64,000 nt of DNA, taken from positions 66,984 to 130,983 of the forward strand of contig CAVXOL010000024.1 of assembly GCA_963763325.1 (NCBI GenBank), given 5' to 3'. Origin of the DNA: an uncultured Chloroflexia bacterium. Its GTDB lineage: Bacteria > Chloroflexota > Chloroflexia > Thermomicrobiales > CFX8. The notes under the pieces were generated by a model, which had not been told where the DNA came from, made no database searches, and worked only from the letters and a program-made list of their open reading frames with translations. The position numbers were made by a program, and so were the translations under genes. Numbering within the stretch: position 1 is the first letter of the stretch; each line of letters begins with the position of its first letter. Below, piece by piece: positions 62,973 through 64,000 of this stretch.

Positions 62973-64000
62973 CTATCGACCAACCGACAGACCTGATTCC
63001 CACGTCACTCGCAAATCCGCGACCGCGACGTTTGCGGCGACGTCGAGCTCGAGTTCCGTCCGCCGCCGACAGTTCCCAGAGAGATCACGTCGAGATCACT
63101 CTCCGAGGCGCGCTTGAGTACGTGCTCGACGTTCTGCTCCGCAACAGCGACGATTACTCGCGACGCCGCCTCGCCGAAGCACGTGCGGTCGAGCCGACCG
63201 TCGTTTGCGTCCAGAATCGGCTGGAGCGCGATCGTTGCGCCGGTACCGGCCGAAATCAGCATCTCGGCCAGCGCGACCAGCAGGCCGCCTTCGGACGTGT
63301 CGTGGGCGGCCGACACGAGTCCGTCAGCGATCAGCGAACGGACCAGCAATTGTACGTTATGTTCAACTGCCAGGTCGAGCGACTGGAGGCGGTCCGGCAA
63401 TCAGTCCGTGGCGCACGGCCAGATACTCGCTGGCCCCGAGCGTCGACGATTGCTGTCCGATCAGGAGCAGAACGCTGCCTTCGGGCGGAGCCAGCCCCGC
63501 GCGGCGCGACACGTCCTCGATGAGTCCTACCATTCCGACCGTCGGAGTCGGCAGGATCGCTTCATCGCCCGATTCGTTGTAGAGGCTCACGTTGCCTGAG
63601 ACGACCGGCGTGCCGAGAGCTTCCGCCGCATTCGCCATTCCAAGGACCGCCTGCTGGAGCTGGAAGTAACCCTCCGGCTTCTCCGGCGAGCCGAAGTTGA
63701 GACAGTTCGTCATCGCGAGCGGCTCGGCGCCGGTGCAGGAGACGTTGCGGGCGGCTTCCGCGACGGCGTGTTGACCACCGAGGTACGGGTCAAGGTAGAC
63801 GTAGCGAGGGTTGCAGTCGGTTTTGACAGCCAGCGCCTTGTTGGTCCCCTTGACACGGACGACAGCTGCATCCCCCTCTAATGGCGCAGTGACAGTGTTC
63901 GACATGATCGTGTGGTCGTAGGTGCGGATGACCGGCTCGCGCGAACAGACGTTGTGGGACGCGAGCAACTGGAGCAGCGCGGGAACGATCTCATCACGCG
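62973..64000 (-). CDS. purL: Phosphoribosylformylglycinamidine synthase subunit PurL, C-terminal part (gene continues beyond the window), at least 2 frame changes (about 63395, about 63055)
   Basis: ORFs 63363..63968 and 63005..63400 are collinear with PurL (SGNVSLYNE, AAHDTSEGGL). The plausible C-terminus LELDVAANVAVADLRVTWESGL ends at TAG 62973-62975 in a third frame. Confidence 0.85.

Overview
This is a GC-rich bacterial chromosomal window. The two Chlor_Arch_YYY/DUF2298-type giant membrane proteins suggest a Chloroflexota or Thermomicrobia-like organism, but that is inference only. Most of the content is housekeeping. It includes an ABC exporter pair; a pgeF-yggS-MBL hydrolase operon; fmt preceded by a Ras-like GTPase; infC-rpmI-rplT; HU, plsX and gyrB; an frc-oxc oxalate module with a two-subunit ADP-forming acyl-CoA synthetase; mrdA-rodA-mtnP; and an envelope-glycan cluster with two O-antigen-ligase-like proteins, UXS, GT4 and a Wzx-like flippase. 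It also holds an M81 peptidase, tRNA-Met, rsfS, a WecA-like transferase, glyA, plsY, der, gcvT-gcvH-gcvPA, purF and partial purL. The only clearly accessory segment is about 3.9-7.0 kb. It holds an intact IS5-family element, a frameshifted hypothetical gene, an N-terminally truncated and frameshifted tyrosine-integrase remnant, and an unusual long-variable-arm tRNA with a glycine (GCC) anticodon. Many genes, including essential ones (gyrB, plsX, mrdA, purL), can only be read by changing frame. These breaks cluster at 28.4-38 kb and look like sequence-quality indels rather than biology. I found no CRISPR array, no rRNA and no recognisable defence or biosynthetic system. The most unusual items are the GCC class II tRNA, the oxalate operon with acyl-CoA synthetase genes, the GTPase-fmt coupling next to the YYY proteins, and several long perfect inverted repeats. 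All calls come from reading the sequence and ORF track and recalling family motifs; no searches were run.
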